DNA of 48,547 nucleotides, filler included, from Jimgerdemannia flammicorona (Eukaryota): the NCBI GenBank assembly GCA_003990765.1. It is 2 parts of 2 records of this genome, joined end to end, with 100 filler letters (N's around TTAATTAATTAA, not from the genome) between each part and the next. Parts side by side here need not be neighbours in the genome. Positions count along the whole stretch, not along the records: positions 24,325 to 48,547 come from RBNJ01001005.1; 1 more part is not named here. One strand, given 5' to 3'. Position numbers and translations under genes: made by a program. The notes beneath the pieces were generated by a model. It did not search any database, was not told where the DNA came from, and was given only the letters and a program-made list of their open reading frames with translations. Below, piece after piece: positions 47,663 to 48,547 of this stretch. Positions within the stretch are counted from its first letter, which is position 1, and each line of letters starts with the position of its first letter.

Positions 47663-48506
47663 CGAAAACCGGATTTGGAGGAATGGTTAAAACATTTTTA
47701 TGCCCTTTCCTTTTATTTTGGAGCTTCCTCCATGTCTTGTGAGAAAACTAGATATGACCCTCCTCTTCAATTTTATTTGACAACAGATTCAATGAGGTAA
47801 CACCACTGTTGAGGCGGTTATAGGCGTTCGATTATGAAAACAACAGTGTGAGTGAGTTGGCAAGGCATCTATCGAAATGGATGGTGGTTCGTAACCGAGG
47901 GTCTCGGTGTTAATAAGGAGCGGTCTTTTGCCTGAAAAAGTCGGATCTTCGTGACGCTTTGCTAATAAATTCCCGATGTAAGCGTCGAAAAAGAGCCTGA
48001 AAATGGACCCGCTGAACGGATTCTTTAGTTGCCTCATCACTGAATTCTTTTATTATTACGAATAACCCCCACGTTTACAGTCTTTTGCTAATTGTTAGTA
48101 AAATCCACGTAAAGGCGCCGCGTAATCATGTTTAAAGGCCTTGAGAAAATACTGATAGAACCGTACAGTTTGCGTAGTGTCAAACGGCTGATCGAGTACC
48201 CGCGTCCCATCGCTACCGAGATACTGATTGTCCCCGAAGATCACTCTGGTACACTAACCTTCATCATACATGCTATTATCTTTGTCAAAGTACACCAAGC
48301 ATGACAACGAGGGCGGAAGCAGAGTCTACGTCCGCAACGATACCCAGCCCGAAAGAGTCGACAGTCACTAGTCTCTCCTTTGAATGCCAAAACGATCGAC
48401 TCATCGCCATCGACGTCTCAAAAATAGTCAACCTTCTTGTCTATTGATCTATGTTGTATAAATTACGAATTCCGTTGTGGGGCATGCACAAACTATGGGA
48501 CATCTG

Positions 48507-48547
<41 letters not shown>

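Noticed and set aside
47576..47700. Two poly(T) tracts each followed by a similar 30-bp segment
   Set aside because: The first segment looks like a blurred copy of the second, as expected from sequencing dephasing after a homopolymer; probably an assembly artefact.

Overview
Eukaryotic, almost certainly fungal DNA: GT-AG introns of about 50-150 nt, and a gene repertoire that suggests an early-diverging, Mucoromycota-like fungus (inference). The window is two contigs (24,224 and 24,223 bp) joined by an artificial 100-bp N/TTAATTAATTAA/N linker at 24225-24324, so the halves need not be neighbours in the genome. The left contig is a nest of transposable elements. A full-length 8.7-kb Ty3/Gypsy element (5737-14412, minus strand, ATAT target duplication) carries a dUTPase between protease and RT, and its 1.49-kb LTRs hide a reconstructable 267-codon ORF in U3. 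Also present are a third LTR copy, an older and badly eroded gypsy relic, a hAT-type MITE, and an L1/Tx1-like LINE interrupted by a 1.4-kb polyadenylated, VNTR-bearing retroposon with a 14-bp TSD. The older elements show heavy C-to-T erosion. The right contig has intact genes (S28 serine peptidase, a small secreted repeat protein, a protein tyrosine phosphatase, a cytochrome P450) interleaved with four decayed immune-receptor-like loci. These are an NB-ARC gene with an inverted TPR block, a kinase/SEL1/ankyrin gene ending in about 15 tandem [84-nt LRR exon + intron] cassettes, and a head-to-head STAND / CHAT-STAND pair. All calls come from reading motifs by eye; no searches were run and many pseudogene boundaries are approximate.
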